The translations under genes were made by a program, and so were the position numbers. The notes under the pieces were generated by a model. The model was not told where the DNA came from. It ran no database searches and saw only the letters and a list, made by a program, of their open reading frames with translations. A DNA stretch of 64,000 nt from Dictyostelium discoideum (lineage: Eukaryota), in assembly GCA_000004695.1 (NCBI GenBank), contig CM000151.3, forward strand, positions 864,001 to 928,000, written 5' to 3'. Every line of letters starts with the position of its first letter. The first letter of the stretch is position 1. Below, piece by piece: positions 1 through 14,270 of the stretch.

Positions 1-1142
<1,142 letters not shown>

Positions 1143-1156
<14 letters not shown>

Positions 1157-1700
1157 TTTTTATGGATGTATAAATTTTAACTTTACACAAAGAAAAAAAA
1201 AAAAAAAATAATAAAAAAAAAATTATAAAAAAAAAAACAGTGATGATGATTTTTTGGTGGACGTATAAATTTTAAGTTTACAAGCAAAAAATAAAAAAAA
1301 AAAAAAAAATAAAAAATAAAAAACAGTGAAGAATTTTATTTTTTTGAAAAATATTTTGATCAAGATTTGGAAAGCCAAAAAAAAAAAAAAATCTCAAAAA
1401 TCTATTCGTAAAAAAATTGAAAAAAGTTTCAAAAACTATTCACACAATAATTGCGTATTTTTTATTGATTATTAAAATCATTATAATTATTATTGTCATT
1501 ATTATTATTATTATTATTTTCCAGCTTTTTTTTTTTCTTACAATTGATATTTATTTTATTTTTTATATATTTATTTCTATTTACACCATGATTGGATTTT
1601 TTTTTTTTTTTTTTTTTTAATTTTTTTTCATTACTATTTTTGTTTTTTTTCTTTGTTCTTTTTCGTTTCCTCTTCAAATTTTTCGTCTGGCTCTGAGGTA
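1143..1700. repeat. Segmental duplication, copy A (paired with 2259-2780). It carries an ATG plus polyN start, the 5'-flank motif GGATGTATAAATTTTAACTTTAcACAAAG, an oligo-A tract, the ...TTCCAGCTTTTTTTT...TTTACAc(c)ATGATTGGATTTTTTTT block, and the remnant of a gene 3' end.
   Basis: Colinear high-identity blocks are readable by eye: 1150-1192 vs 2266-2308, 1452-1618 vs 2430-2560 and 1640-1690 vs 2600-2650. Confidence 0.6.
1159..1290 (+). promoter_or_regulatory. Two copies of a ~30-bp element, G(G)A(T/C)GTATAAATTTTAA(C/G)TTTACA, each followed by oligo(A). They contain a canonical TATAAA box. A third copy lies at 2277-2308.
   Basis: Direct repeats at 1161-1190, 1257-1288 and 2279-2308. Orientation and spacing relative to the minus-strand ATGs 8-10 nt away are atypical for a core promoter of those genes. 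A plus-strand transcript is possible. Confidence 0.3.
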
Positions 1701-1762
1701 ATTGATCACCAATTAAAACTGTAGCAATAAAGATTTGATTTTTATTTTGTGGAGTTTTATAA

Positions 1763-2270
<508 letters not shown>

Positions 2271-2553
2271 TTTTTAATGGATGTATAAATTTTAACTTTA
2301 TACAAAGAAAAAAAAATAAAGATATAAAAAAAAAAATAGAAAAAAAAAAAACAAAAAAAAAAATAGTGACGAAGGTTTTTTAGTGGAGGGCAAATTTTAG
2401 TTTAAAAATATTTGTATACTATTCACTATAATTGCGGATATTTTATTAATTATAAAATTATTATTTTCCAGCTTTTTTTTTTTTTTTACAATATTATTTT
2501 TGTTGGTTTTATTTCTATTTACACTATGATTGGATTTTTTTTTTTTTTTTTTT

Positions 2554-3057
2554 TTAATTTTTTTCATTATCGCTATTTTTGTTTTTTTCTTCTTTTTCTT
2601 CTTCTTTATTCTTTTTCGTTTCCTCTTCTAATTTTGAATTTAATTTTTTTCTAATTTCTGAATGTGTTTTTCTTTGTTTATTTTTTTTTCTTTGTTCTGC
2701 TTTTTTCTTAACTTTTAATTCTTCTTCTAATTTTTGTTGCTCCCTTCTTTCACTAAACTCGTTATTTGATAGTTCCTAAAAAAAAATTAAAAAAAAAATA
2801 AAAAATGATGGGGTTAGTTGTGAAAAAAAAAAAAAAAAAATAAATAAATAAAGTGTTATTTTAAAATATACTTTTCTATCATTTTTATCCATCTCTTCTA
2901 ATCTTAAAGTTTCCTTTCTTCTTAAATTACGATAAACATGAAAGTCGCCACTTGATGAACCTGCTGTCGAAGATGAAACATGTGCAACAATCTTATATTC
3001 CTCACCAATTGTTGATGTAACTGATGAAGTGTTGTTTTTAGTATTCGATTCTGACAT
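2554..3057 (-). CDS. Small charged nuclear-type protein of about 135 aa, in two exons.
   Basis: Real ATG at 3057 (the track's M at 3063 is a TTG). Exon 1 is 3057..2872: MSESNTKNNTSSVTSTIGEEYKIVAHVSSSTAGSSSGDFHVYRNLRRKETLRLEEMDKNDRK, with donor AAA|GTATAT. The intron is ~96 nt and T-rich, ending TTTTAG. Exon 2 is 2775..2554: ELSNNEFSERREQQKLEEELKVKKKAEQRKKNKQRKTHSEIRKKLNSKLEEETKKNKEEEKEEKNKNSDNEKN*. The intron is phase 0. Confidence 0.45.
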
Positions 3058-3553
3058 TTTCAATCTATATCGACCTATTTATTTTAAAAATAACAATGGT
3101 TTAAAAAAAAAGATATAAATAAGATATAAATAAAATGAAAAAAAAAAAATAAAAAAATGTGAAAATTTAAAAAAAAATAAAAATAAAAAAAATAAATTAA
3201 TATTTTCATTTTTTTTTTTTTTTTTGTATTATTTTCACAACATTACTTTGTTAAATAACCATAAATTTTAATTTCTTGTTTTTTTTTTTTTTTTTTTTTA
3301 AATTGTTTATTTTTTTTTATTTGTTGAGATCATTGATTTAATAAATTAGTGATGATGGAATTTCAAAAAAAAAAATAAAAAAAAAAATAAAAAAAAATTT
3401 ATCAATTTTAAATCAATTATTGATTATTATAAAAATTAAAAACAAAATAAAATAAAATAATTTTGACTCAACAATAATGACATTATTTTTTGATTATTAA
3501 ATATATTTAAAAATAAAAAAATCTAATTTTTATAATTTTTTTAATTTTATTTA

Positions 3554-3584
<31 letters not shown>

Positions 3585-4231
3585 ATTTTTTTTTATTTTT
3601 ATTTTTATTTTTTTTTTTTATAAATTTACTTAATTTTTTTCTTTTTTCCCTACATTGCTGGTTATTAAAAAATAATAATAAAACACTCACCCCCCTCCCA
3701 CATTTTGTGTTTTAAATTCTATTAAAAAATTTATTATTAAGATTTTTTTTTTTTTTAATTAAATAAAATAAAAAAATAAAAAAAATAATAAATAATTTTT
3801 TAAAAATAAAAAAACACACAATTTTTATAGTAAACCACACACTCTTATACCCTATTTTTATAAATATAATTTAAAATATTTTATTTATATAAAATTTTTT
3901 TGTTTTATTTTGTTTTATTTTTTTTTTCTTGGTTTTTTTATTGTCACTACACAACAAACATAATTTAATTAAAGAATAAAGTTTTTTTATTAAAATAATT
4001 TAAAGAAAAAAAAAAAAAAAAAAAAAAAAAAAAGGAAAACCCAAAAAAAAAAATCATTGCAGGTTTGACTGTATAGATTTTTTTTTTTTTTTTTTTTCTA
4101 CACTAAATTTTTTTTTTTTTTTTTTGTAAAGAAAAAAAAAAAAAAAAAATAGAGTAAAAAATAAAAAGAATAATAATAATAATAATAATAATAAATAATA
4201 TATAGATAGATAGATAGAGACATATAGAAGA

Positions 4232-5954
4232 ATGAATTATGTTGAAAAGTTATTTGACGAAGTTCACTATGTTTTTAATTTAAATGCAGCCACTTTAAGT
4301 GGGGCAATTGATATATTGGTAATTCCTCAATTAGATGGTTCATTAAAGTGTACACCATTTCATGTTAGATTTGGTAAACTTCAATTAATTCAAAGTTCAG
4401 CAAAAGTTATAACAATCTATGTGAATGGTCAAAAAACCGATTTACAAATGAAATTGGGACAAGCAGGTGAAGCTTTCTTTGTAGAGGAATCCGATGACCC
4501 AGTACCACCATTATTAGCAACTTCACCAATACCCTCACCAAAATCAACTAGAAGAGCAATATCACCTGCATCAGCTAGTACTTTAACAACCACAACTACA
4601 ACAACCACTACATCTTCATCATCATCTTCATCGTCACCATCATCATCATCGTCAGCAACCACATCACCTGTAAATAATACATCTACAACATCATCATCAT
4701 CATCATCAGCTACAACAACTACATTATTATCACCATCTGTTCAACATATTACCCATACATCATCATCAACAACAACTACATCAACATCTAAAAATTCATC
4801 ACCAATACCATCGACTACAACTAAATTTACACAAAAATCAGGAGGTGGTGTTGGGGGTGGTGGTGATGCATTTGATTCAAAAGAGATGAAACCTTTAACA
4901 TCAGCATTGGAAGAGATGATTATGAATCAAACCATTAATAATAATACTTTTTATAATTATGTTCCACCAACTACACCAACAAAGAACAAGACATCATTAA
5001 ATACATCTACCTCAGCATTAAGTCGTGGTTCATCAAGACCATCTAGTCCCGTTACAATTGATACACAATCACCTATTGGTAGTTTTATAATCGATTGTGG
5101 TAATGATATAAATAGTAATTTAGAGGGTAGTACATTCAGTCCAAGCACCTCACCACCAAAATCTTCAACTACAAATAGTGCTAGTGGTGCTGCTACTACA
5201 ACCACTACCACCTCAACAACAACTACAACAACAACAGCTGCCGCTACTACCACTACTGTAACAGAACCAGTTTCAGATTCTGAAACTGAACCAAAGTTTT
5301 GGAGATGGGGTGGTTTCCCAAAGTTTACTTATCGTAGAAAACAATCACAACCACCACAACCAAACACTACAACTACCACCACTACAACAATAGCAGCAGC
5401 AACAGCAGCAACTTCATTATCAAATACAACCTCACCATCAATATCATTAGCAACATCACAAGATAGTATTACCGATTCTACTATTATACAGCCACCACCA
5501 CCAACCACTACAACTACCACAACTACAAATACAATTATAACAGAAGCAACTACAACAAATATATTACAACCAACACCAACAAATAACAGCGGAAAAATTG
5601 AAGAAATTTTAGATACAGATAATAAAAATGGTGGTGAATCAGAATCACCATTAATCTATTCACCAACTATATCATCAAACGAATCGGATGATGGATTGGG
5701 ATTACCAATAATAAATAAAAATAATAATAATAATAATAAAGGCGCCAATCACTCTATACCAATTCCAACACCGAATAATACACCAATAAATCCATCAATG
5801 TTAACAGAGAATCAACCATTGGATGGTAGTTCATCTTGGACAAGAATGGGTTCATTGTTTAAAATGTTTAAAAAAGATCATTCTGGTGGTAATAATTTAG
5901 ATACTTTATCAACTTCACCTTCAAATTTAATTACACATTATGATAAAAATAATC

Positions 5955-6053
<99 letters not shown>

Positions 6054-8209
6054 TACAACAATTACAACAACCACAACCACAACCAAGTTTTATTGTAAAA
6101 ACTGAAATTAAACCAACTTCAACAAACTTTAATAGCGATAATAATAGAGATGAAATGTTTTTATTAGATGAAGAACAAGAAGAAAGAGAAGAGCAAGAAG
6201 AGGAAGAAGAGGAAGAAGAAGAGGACCAAATAAAACAACAAAATGTACAACAACAACAACAACCACCACAACAAATAATTGACGAAAAATTGGATGATCA
6301 ATCACCAAGACAATTAACCAAATCATTATCATATGCAGATATTGTAAAGGAAGGAGAACATTTAATTTCTACAGGTGCAGATGTTTTATCAATTTCACCA
6401 TCGATTCAACCACAACAACCACAACAATCACCACCAAAAGCTTCAATTAATGCTCTTGGTACAACTGTTATTTCAACTTTAAATTATCCACCAGATTCAA
6501 GTATTTCTGAGTGTTTATCGAAATTAAATTATGAATCTGAATTCCCAGTTTTAAAAACAAATGAAGGTTATCATCATCATCATAATAATAATAATAATAA
6601 TAATATAGGTAATAATAATGATAATAATATAGATAATATAGATAATAATAATAATAATAACTTTATTAAACAAATACCACCATTACAAATGAATAAAGTA
6701 ACTAATAGTAATGGATTAATTGATCATTTTTCAATTAGTTTATCATTATGTGGTCATTTAATTTTGGATAAAGCATTACAATATGAACCAGAAGAAAAGG
6801 ATGCATTTTTTAGAGAATACCTTATAAGTTTTGAACATTTTTGTTCAGATACATCATTATTAAAGAATCCACATTTGGTTGCAAAAATCAATGATCAATA
6901 TTATCCATGGTCAGTCGCTGGTCATATCATTTTAAGTTATTTAATCTATCGTAGACCAATTACTCAAGAAGCATTAAATAATTTAAAGAAAAAAGATACT
7001 GAAGATAGAACAACAAATGTAGATATTATATCAACACCTTTACCACAACCAACTCAACTACTACCACAACAACCAACTCAACTACCACAAGCTAAACAAT
7101 CTTCATATTGGAAGAGTTGGTTATGGAAAAACAATAACAATAATAACAATAACAACCAAACTGTACAAAATCAAATTTCACCATCATCATCACCACCATC
7201 ATCATCACAACATTCACTTTCTAATTTAACTAGATCTGAACCAATTCCATTCAGTAATAATATTAATAATAATACTAATAATAATAATAATTTTAATAAT
7301 TTTGAAAATAATATAATAATTGAAGATTTACCAAAGAAATATACAAAGAAATCATTAAGACCAACATCAGATCAATTAAAATCTTTAGGACTTAAAAAAG
7401 GTATAAATAGAATTACATTTGTAGTATCTAGTACTTTATTAGGTACCAAAGAGGTATCAGCATCAATTTATTATTGGGATAATTCATCAAAGATTGTAAT
7501 CTCTGATATAGATGGAACCATTACTAAATCCGATGTATTTGGTCAAGTTTTACCATTGATTGGTAAAGATTGGTCACATATTGGTGTTGCAGAGTTGTAT
7601 TCCAATATCAAAGAGAATGGTTATCAAATCATTTACCTAACTTCAAGAGCTATTGGTCAAGCAAATTTAACTAGAACCTATATTAGTTCAGTGAAACAAA
7701 CTGGTTCAAATCAAAATACATTGGGCGGCAGTGGAACCACTGGTGGTGCAAATAGTGGTGTCAATGGTTTGAATCAACAACAAAGTATACCATTCACTTT
7801 ACCAGAGGGTCCTGTATTCATGTCACCAAATCGTTTACTAACTTCATTTAATCGTGAAGTTATTAAAAGAAATCCTGAAGAATTTAAAATTGCATGTTTA
7901 CAAGATATTCAAAATATTTTCCCACCAACTATGTCTCCATTTTATGCAGGTTTTGGTAATCGTAATACCGATGCTATCTCTTATAATGCTGTTGGTGTAC
8001 CCAAGGGTAAAACATTTACAATCAATCCATTGGGTGTTATCAATACAACAAATACTACCTACAATAAAACTTATACAAAACTTAATGATTTAGTTCAAGA
8101 TATGTTCCCATGTCAAAATTCAAATAAAAATTCTGTTGATGAACAATGGAATGAATATCATTATTGGAAAAAATCTGTTATACCACTTCATAAATTAGAT
8201 CCTCTTTAG
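4232..8209 (+). CDS. Lipin / phosphatidate phosphatase (PAH1/LPIN family).
   Basis: Single 1325-aa ORF. The N-terminus MNYVEKLFDEV...ATLSGAIDILVIPQLDGSLKCTPFHVRFGKLQLIQSSAKVITIYVNGQKTDLQMKLGQAGEAFFV is the N-LIP domain. The C-terminus has the HAD catalytic motif DIDGTITKSD and FYAGFGNRNTDAISY (C-LIP). In between is a long low-complexity S/T/N/Q-rich region including a polyQ tract encoded by (CAA)n. Confidence 0.9.
5951..6060. repeat. (CAA)n microsatellite encoding a ~36-residue polyQ tract inside the lipin CDS.
   Basis: Direct reading; in frame. Confidence 0.9.
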
Positions 8210-8357
8210 AAAATAATAATAATAATAAAACAAATCAAAAAAAAAAAAAAAAAAAAAAAGTAATAAAATAAAATAAAATAATATATAGGTTGAATTAATA
8301 TATATTAATTTATATATTGGTCATATCATATTAAAATTTTTCTTTTTTTTTTTTTAT

Positions 8358-8718
8358 TTATTTCTTTTTATTTGTTGTTGAAGTTGTGGTTTGTTTTTTT
8401 CTTGCAGAAGATTGATCATTTATTGTTTTTTGAAGTTTTTCATGAGCAACAACATTCTTTTTAGCATCACCATGTTGTTTGAACCAATCAGCTCTAGCTT
8501 GAGCTTTTGCTTTTTCACCACATCCATGAATTTCATAGAGTGCATGTTGAGTACAATATTTATGAGTACAAAATTGACAAATTCTTCCTAAAATTTCAAC
8601 ATTTTTCCCACAACCTTTCATACCACAAATTCTTAAATCAACTTCTCTTAATTCAATTGCTTCAAATTCTTTTAATAATTCGTCAGCAGATTTCTTATCA
8701 ACAGATTTCTTTTTAGTA

Positions 8719-8752
<34 letters not shown>

Positions 8753-11432
8753 TTGGTTTTTTTGCTTTCTTTTTCTTTTTCTTTGTTTTATTTGTAGAAT
8801 TTGTTGTTGTTTTTGTTGTTGTACCATCATTTTCTTTTTGTTCATCTTCATCATTTTCTTCATCTTCATCTTCATCTTGTTCATCTTCATCATTATCATT
8901 TTCATGATTTTTATCAGATTTTTTAATTTTCTTTGAAATTGTTATTACTCTATTTTCACCTTCACCAACTGATTGATGATTTAATTTATTTTTTTCAGCT
9001 AATTCATGAACAACCAATCTTTCAAAAGATGATAATGTTGAAGGAAAACTATGAGATTCCATTGAAGTTTTCATAAATGTATTAACGATTGATTCTAATT
9101 GTAATCTTAATTTTTCTTTTTCTTCTTGTTTCTCTAAATCATCTTTATTTTTTTTCTTTTCTTTTTCTTCAATACTTTTTTTATTCTTTTTATCTTTTAA
9201 CATTTCAATTTTTGATTTTTTATTTGAATCATTATTTGTATTAGTTGTAGTGGTGGTGGTGGTGGTTGTTGAATTATTATTATTATCATCTTTATTTAAA
9301 CTAATATCCCAATTATCAGTATCACTTGGTAAGAATTCATCTTCAATATATTCTAAAGCCGATCTAAATAAACCATTTAATTTAAAATAATCAACCATAC
9401 GTTTTAAAGGTTCATGAGAAGAGATTGTATCAGTATCACAAACTACAACTACATGTTTTCTAGCACGAGTTATAGCAACATTTGTTCTTCTATCTTCAGT
9501 AAGGAAACCAACTTTATGTGGAGCATCAGTATTTGAACGTACCATTGAAATGATGATTACATCTTTTTCTCTACCTTGGAAACCATCTACTGTACCAATT
9601 TCCATTGATGAATATTTTTTAGAGAGATAAGATTTTAAGAGTTTAACTTGACCATTGTATGGAGTGATTACACCGATATCATTTGGTTTTACACCACATT
9701 CTATTAATTTTTCAATATGTCTTTTTACAACGATAACCTCACCATTATTAAATTTTGATTCACCTTCATCATCTTGACTTTCTTCCATATCACAACCACT
9801 TGTATCAATCATTAAAAGAGGACAAGTTGTTGTTAAGGTATTTCTAATTTTTGGTGAATCACCAGTCACCAATAGATGATTTGAAACTGATTTATCAGCA
9901 ATCATTTTTGAATTATAAAATTCCATTGAAGACCAATCCATAATTTTATGATTCATACGATATTGAACATTTAAAAGACGTGAAACTTGATCACCATATT
10001 GTTTAATGATACGCTCGAATAGGGTAATTGATAAACCCATTTTAGCGGCTTCCATTGAATGAATGGTTGGTGGTAATTGTTGATGATCTCCTGCCAACAA
10101 TAGTTTATTACCTTTTTGAATTGGTATCCAACAACTTGCTTCCAATGCTTGAGCACATTCATCTATTACAACCCAGTCAAAATTATCAATACCTTTTAAT
10201 GATGAATCAGATGCACCTGTATTTGTTGAAAGTATTACATTTGAATCGTTTATAACTTGTTGAATTAATGATTTCTCTCTATTCTTTAAATCAATACGTA
10301 ACTCTTTAATAGATGATTGTATAACTCTTCTCTCGGAATGTTGTTTAACTTTTAATAATTGTTTTGATAAACTTTTAATCTCATCTTTAATACCTTTAAT
10401 AATTTGACCACCTTCACTATTCTTTGTTTTATGATCTAATGTATGTTTTAATAATTGTGGTAAAATTCTAGTTGGATGACCAATTCTAGTTGCATTTATT
10501 AAAAAACCATTACAACTACTACTATTTGAATATTCTAATAATTTCTCCAACATATTATCAACAGATAAATTAGATGGACCACAAGCTAATACTTTTTTAC
10601 CAGATTTAATTAATTGGACAATGAATTCAACAACGGTTGTAGTTTTACCAGTACCAGGTGGACCATGAATACATGCTACATCATTTGATGATAATGAAAA
10701 TAATATTGCTTCTTTTTGTGATTGATTTAAACCTTTATTTATTAATTGTTGTTCAAATTTCTCTTTATTAATTTGTTGAAAATAACTATTATTATTTGAT
10801 GGTTGATATCCATCATTTAATAATAAATTGATTAATGAATTCTCGCTATTACCAGTTCTTTTATTTACATTTAATTTTAATTTATCTAATGATTCTCTAA
10901 TTTTCTTATAGGTTACATCATTTGCTAATTTATCGATTGAATATAATGTTTGAAAATATTCATCCAACATTGGTCTATTATTTGGATCACTATCTTCGTA
11001 ATTATCATCGAATGCAATAACTATCTTTCTAGAATCAACTTTATAAACTACACCTTTAAAATAATGATTTGTACCTGGTTTTGATTTTGATGGTCTAATA
11101 CCTACTATATCACCATTTGAAATTTTATGTGGTGGTAAATCAAAATTATCATCTTCATCATCACCATCACTATCTTTATCATTATTTTGCTTTTTATTAT
11201 TATTATTATTGTTTGATCCACCATTATCAACAAACGATGCTCTTGCAAGTTTTATTAAAATTCTACCTGATAAACCTGTTGAAAAATTTAAAATCTTAAC
11301 TTTATTAATTGTAACACCTTTTAATTCTAATTCTTTATTTGATAATGTTGCAAAGTTTTCAATTGCTTCATTAACTTCTGATTCTTTTTCAATATCTAAT
11401 AATTCTAATGTTTTTTTAATATAATTTTCCAT
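8358..11432 (-). CDS. SF1 RNA/DNA helicase of the IGHMBP2 / Smubp-2 type (UPF1-like helicase core plus R3H domain plus AN1-type zinc finger).
   Basis: Single 1024-aa ORF. Helicase motifs present: GPPGTGKTTT (I), DECAQA (II), VDGFQGREKDVIIIS and ITRARKHVVVVC (V/VI). R3H-like segment LSSFERLVVHELAEKNKLNHQSVGEGENRVITISKK. C-terminal AN1 zinc finger CGMKGCGKNVEILGRICQFCTHKYCTQHALYEIHGCG. It is convergent with lipin, 150 bp apart. Confidence 0.9.
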
Positions 11433-11830
11433 TTGAAATTTTATTTTTTATATATTTATTATTTTTTTATTTATTTATTATTATTATTTTTTTTTTTTTG
11501 AAAATGAAATCACTAAAAAAAAAAAAAAATTGAAATAAAAAAAAAAAAATAAAAAAAAAATTTTCTCATCTTTTTAAAAGAAATATATTTGCCAATTTTA
11601 AAAAAAAAATATCCAAAATAATCTTTCCAAATAAAAATTCAAAATCCATAATTTGGAAATTTAAAAAAAAAAAAAAAAAAAAAGACTCGACTTTTTGTAA
11701 TCCAATAAATTCAGTTTGCCAAAAATTATTATCCAAATAAAAAAAATTAGAATTAGATATATTTCATTTATTTTTTGAGTTGTTTTAATTTTTTACCTTT
11801 TTTGTTAATACTTTTATTTTATTTTTTGAT

Positions 11831-11861
<31 letters not shown>

Positions 11862-12004
11862 CAAAAATAGGTAAAAAGTTAAAATGAGTCAAAAAGAAAA
11901 AAAAAAAAATGCTGAATGGTCTGGGACAAAAAAACAATTTTTGAAATAAAAAAAATAAAAAAAAATAAAAAAAAATAAAGTTTATTTTCAAAAAACGCGT
12001 CATT

Positions 12005-12006
<2 letters not shown>

Positions 12007-12045
<39 letters not shown>
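12007..12045. repeat. T(39) homopolymer in the divergent promoter region between the helicase gene and the NUS1-like gene.
   Basis: Direct reading. Confidence 0.9.
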
Positions 12046-12048
<3 letters not shown>

Positions 12049-12348
12049 GATATTGCATTTCTATTATTTTTTTGTATAAAAATAGAAATCAAAAAAAAAA
12101 AAAAAACATTTCAAATCATCAAATAAAGAAAAAAAAAAAAAAAAAACAATAATAATAAATATAAATATAAATAATTATTAGGTGTAGAACTTTTAATAAT
12201 AAAAACATAAAAACCACACCCCTTTTTTTCGTTTTTATTTTTTATTTTTTATTTTTTATTTAATTTTTATATATCTTGTGTTTTTAGATACACACATTAT
12301 TTATTATATCTTTAAAAATATTTATTTAAAAAAAAAAAACCAAACAAA

Positions 12349-12945
12349 ATGATAGAAATTGTGGGAAAGGTTTTATATAATTTTATATTTCAATTTCTTG
12401 TACTTTTAAAATTGATTATCTATTATTATCAATTATTAAGTTTTAAAACAAGATATATAATATCACAAATTTTCATGTATTTATATATAAAAACACCAAA
12501 TGATTATATAGATTATATCAATACAACAATAGATGATAGAATTTCATCACCACCACTCAATTGTAATAACAACAATGATAATAATAATAATAATAATAAT
12601 AATAAACAGCAACAACAACAACAACAACAATCAACTAATACAAAGAATAAACAAGATAACTCGACAACAACAACAGCAACAAAAATATCAACACCAAAAC
12701 ATTTAGCATTAATTTTAAATCATAGAGATCAAATTAAATCTTTAACAAATACAACAGAAACTATAAATTTTTATAATAAAATATCAGATATCTTAATATG
12801 GTCAGTCATAGTTGGTATTAAAAGAATAACGATTTTCGATAATCATGGTTCACTTAAAAAAAATATTTCTGTATTTCAAAATTTATTAGATAATAAAATA
12901 AAACCATTTAATAATATAAATACATCAAATAATAAAAATAATACA

Positions 12946-12996
<51 letters not shown>

Positions 12997-13415
12997 CAAA
13001 CAATATATAAATTTAATTGGTTAAATAATTTAAAAAATATTACACCAATTGGTGGTGATATGACAGATATAAATTCTAGAATATTAAATGTTTCAATTGT
13101 AACAGTTGAAGATGGTAAACAAGAATTAATTAATATTACAAAGAAATATATAAAAGATTCAAAATTAAATCAAGATTTAATTTTAAATGAATCATATGTA
13201 AATTCAAATTTACCAAGTATGTTTTATAAATAAATATATATGTCATTTTTTTTTTTTGATTTAATCTTTATATTAATAACAATATTTAATAAAATTTAGG
13301 TTTCATTGGTGGTAACGATTTTGAACCAGAAGTAGCATTGGATTTTAGTGATAAACATTTATTTTCTGGTTTTTTACCATGGCACATAAAACTAACTGAA
13401 TTCATGTATGTATTT

Positions 13416-13450
<35 letters not shown>

Positions 13451-13583
13451 TTATTATTCTAACAATATTATATTTATAATTTATATATTCAGAAAAATGG
13501 ATCACTTTAATCAATTTTATTTGGAAAGATTCCATCATTTTTTAAAAAAGTATAATTCTGTTCAAAAAAGATGTGGAAAATAA
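12349..13583 (+). CDS. nus1: NUS1 / Nogo-B receptor-like subunit of cis-prenyltransferase (dehydrodolichyl-diphosphate synthase complex); 3 exons.
   Basis: Exons are about 12349..13216, 13300..13405 and 13493..13583, joined by two AT-rich introns (donors A|GTATGT and AT|GTATGT, acceptors ...AAAATTTAG| and ...ATATATTCAG|). The junction phases are consistent with the two ORF-track frames. The N-terminus has hydrophobic TM helices. Exon 2 encodes PEVALDFSDKHLFSGFLPWHIKLTEF. The protein ends ...SVQKRCGK*, matching the C-terminal RxG(K) motif of NgBR/NUS1. Confidence 0.75.
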
Positions 13584-14032
13584 AAAAAATTAAAAAAAAT
13601 AAATAAAAATAAAATATTGATAACATTCAAGTGTTGGATAATAATAATTCAATTGATTTAAAATCAACTTTTTTTTTATAAATAAATAAAAGAAAACTAA
13701 ATTAAACAGGAAAAAAAAAAAAAAATTCTAGAAAATTCATTTAAAAATTTGGAAAAGAAGTTACAATCAAATAGTTTTTCTATTTTTTTTTTTTTTTTTT
13801 TTGGTTTTAAACAATTTTTAAATTACAACACTTATGAATTTATTTATTAGTAATTTGGAATATAAAGTTTTTTTTTTGGTAAACCAAATACCACAATATA
13901 GACCATTGTACAAAATTTTTATTCTTCTTCTGGGACATCTCTCCTGTAAATTTTTAAAAATCATAAAAAAAAAAAGAATATTAGTAATGAATCATTTTTA
14001 ATGATTAATGTTATATAATAATAGATGTATAT

Positions 14033-14267
14033 TTACATTGGTGGAATTGCTGGTGGTGGTGGAAGACCATTCCAGGTAATATTGTTGTTACCAAAGTTAA
14101 TGGATGTTGAATTGGATGAGACTGATTTGGATGAGACTGACTTGCTTCCTCCTAATGATAATTTGGTTAAGGCATCTATAAATATATACATATATTTATA
14201 ATTATTAGTTACAATGTAAAATGTAAATTGTATTTTTATTTTTTGGACGGTAGTTACCAAATAACAT
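14033..14267 (-). CDS. Hypothetical small protein (65-75 aa); P-rich C-terminus ...NGLPPPPAIPPM*.
   Basis: Minus ORF 14033..14260; the track's M is TTG. An alternative model uses ATG at 14267 (exon 1 = 14267..14213, GTAACT donor, 37-nt intron, TATTTATAG acceptor), giving MLFGNYRPKNKNTIYILHYALTKLSLGGSKSVSSKSVSSNSTSINFGNNNITWNGLPPPPAIPPM. There is no recognisable domain. Confidence 0.25.
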
Positions 14268-14270
14268 TTT

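Noticed and set aside
1243-1330. A box-C-like GTGATGATGA between the duplicated TATA-containing elements, suggesting a C/D snoRNA.
   Set aside because: There is no box D (CUGA) with a terminal stem at the right distance, and no guide-like complementarity I could recognise. It was left as part of the duplicated regulatory block.
4429-6332. Antisense ORFs inside the lipin CDS (4429..4662 -, 4957..5253 -, 5329..5520 -, 6129..6332 -), and similar ones inside other genes (e.g. 8391..8905 +, 37236..37656 +, 42886..43250 +, 54131..54741, 57504..58016 -, 59283..59582 -).
   Set aside because: They are low-complexity translations (polyV, polyD, polyL, polyI) of the opposite strand of serine-, threonine-, Q- or N-coding repeats, with no independent start context or domain content.
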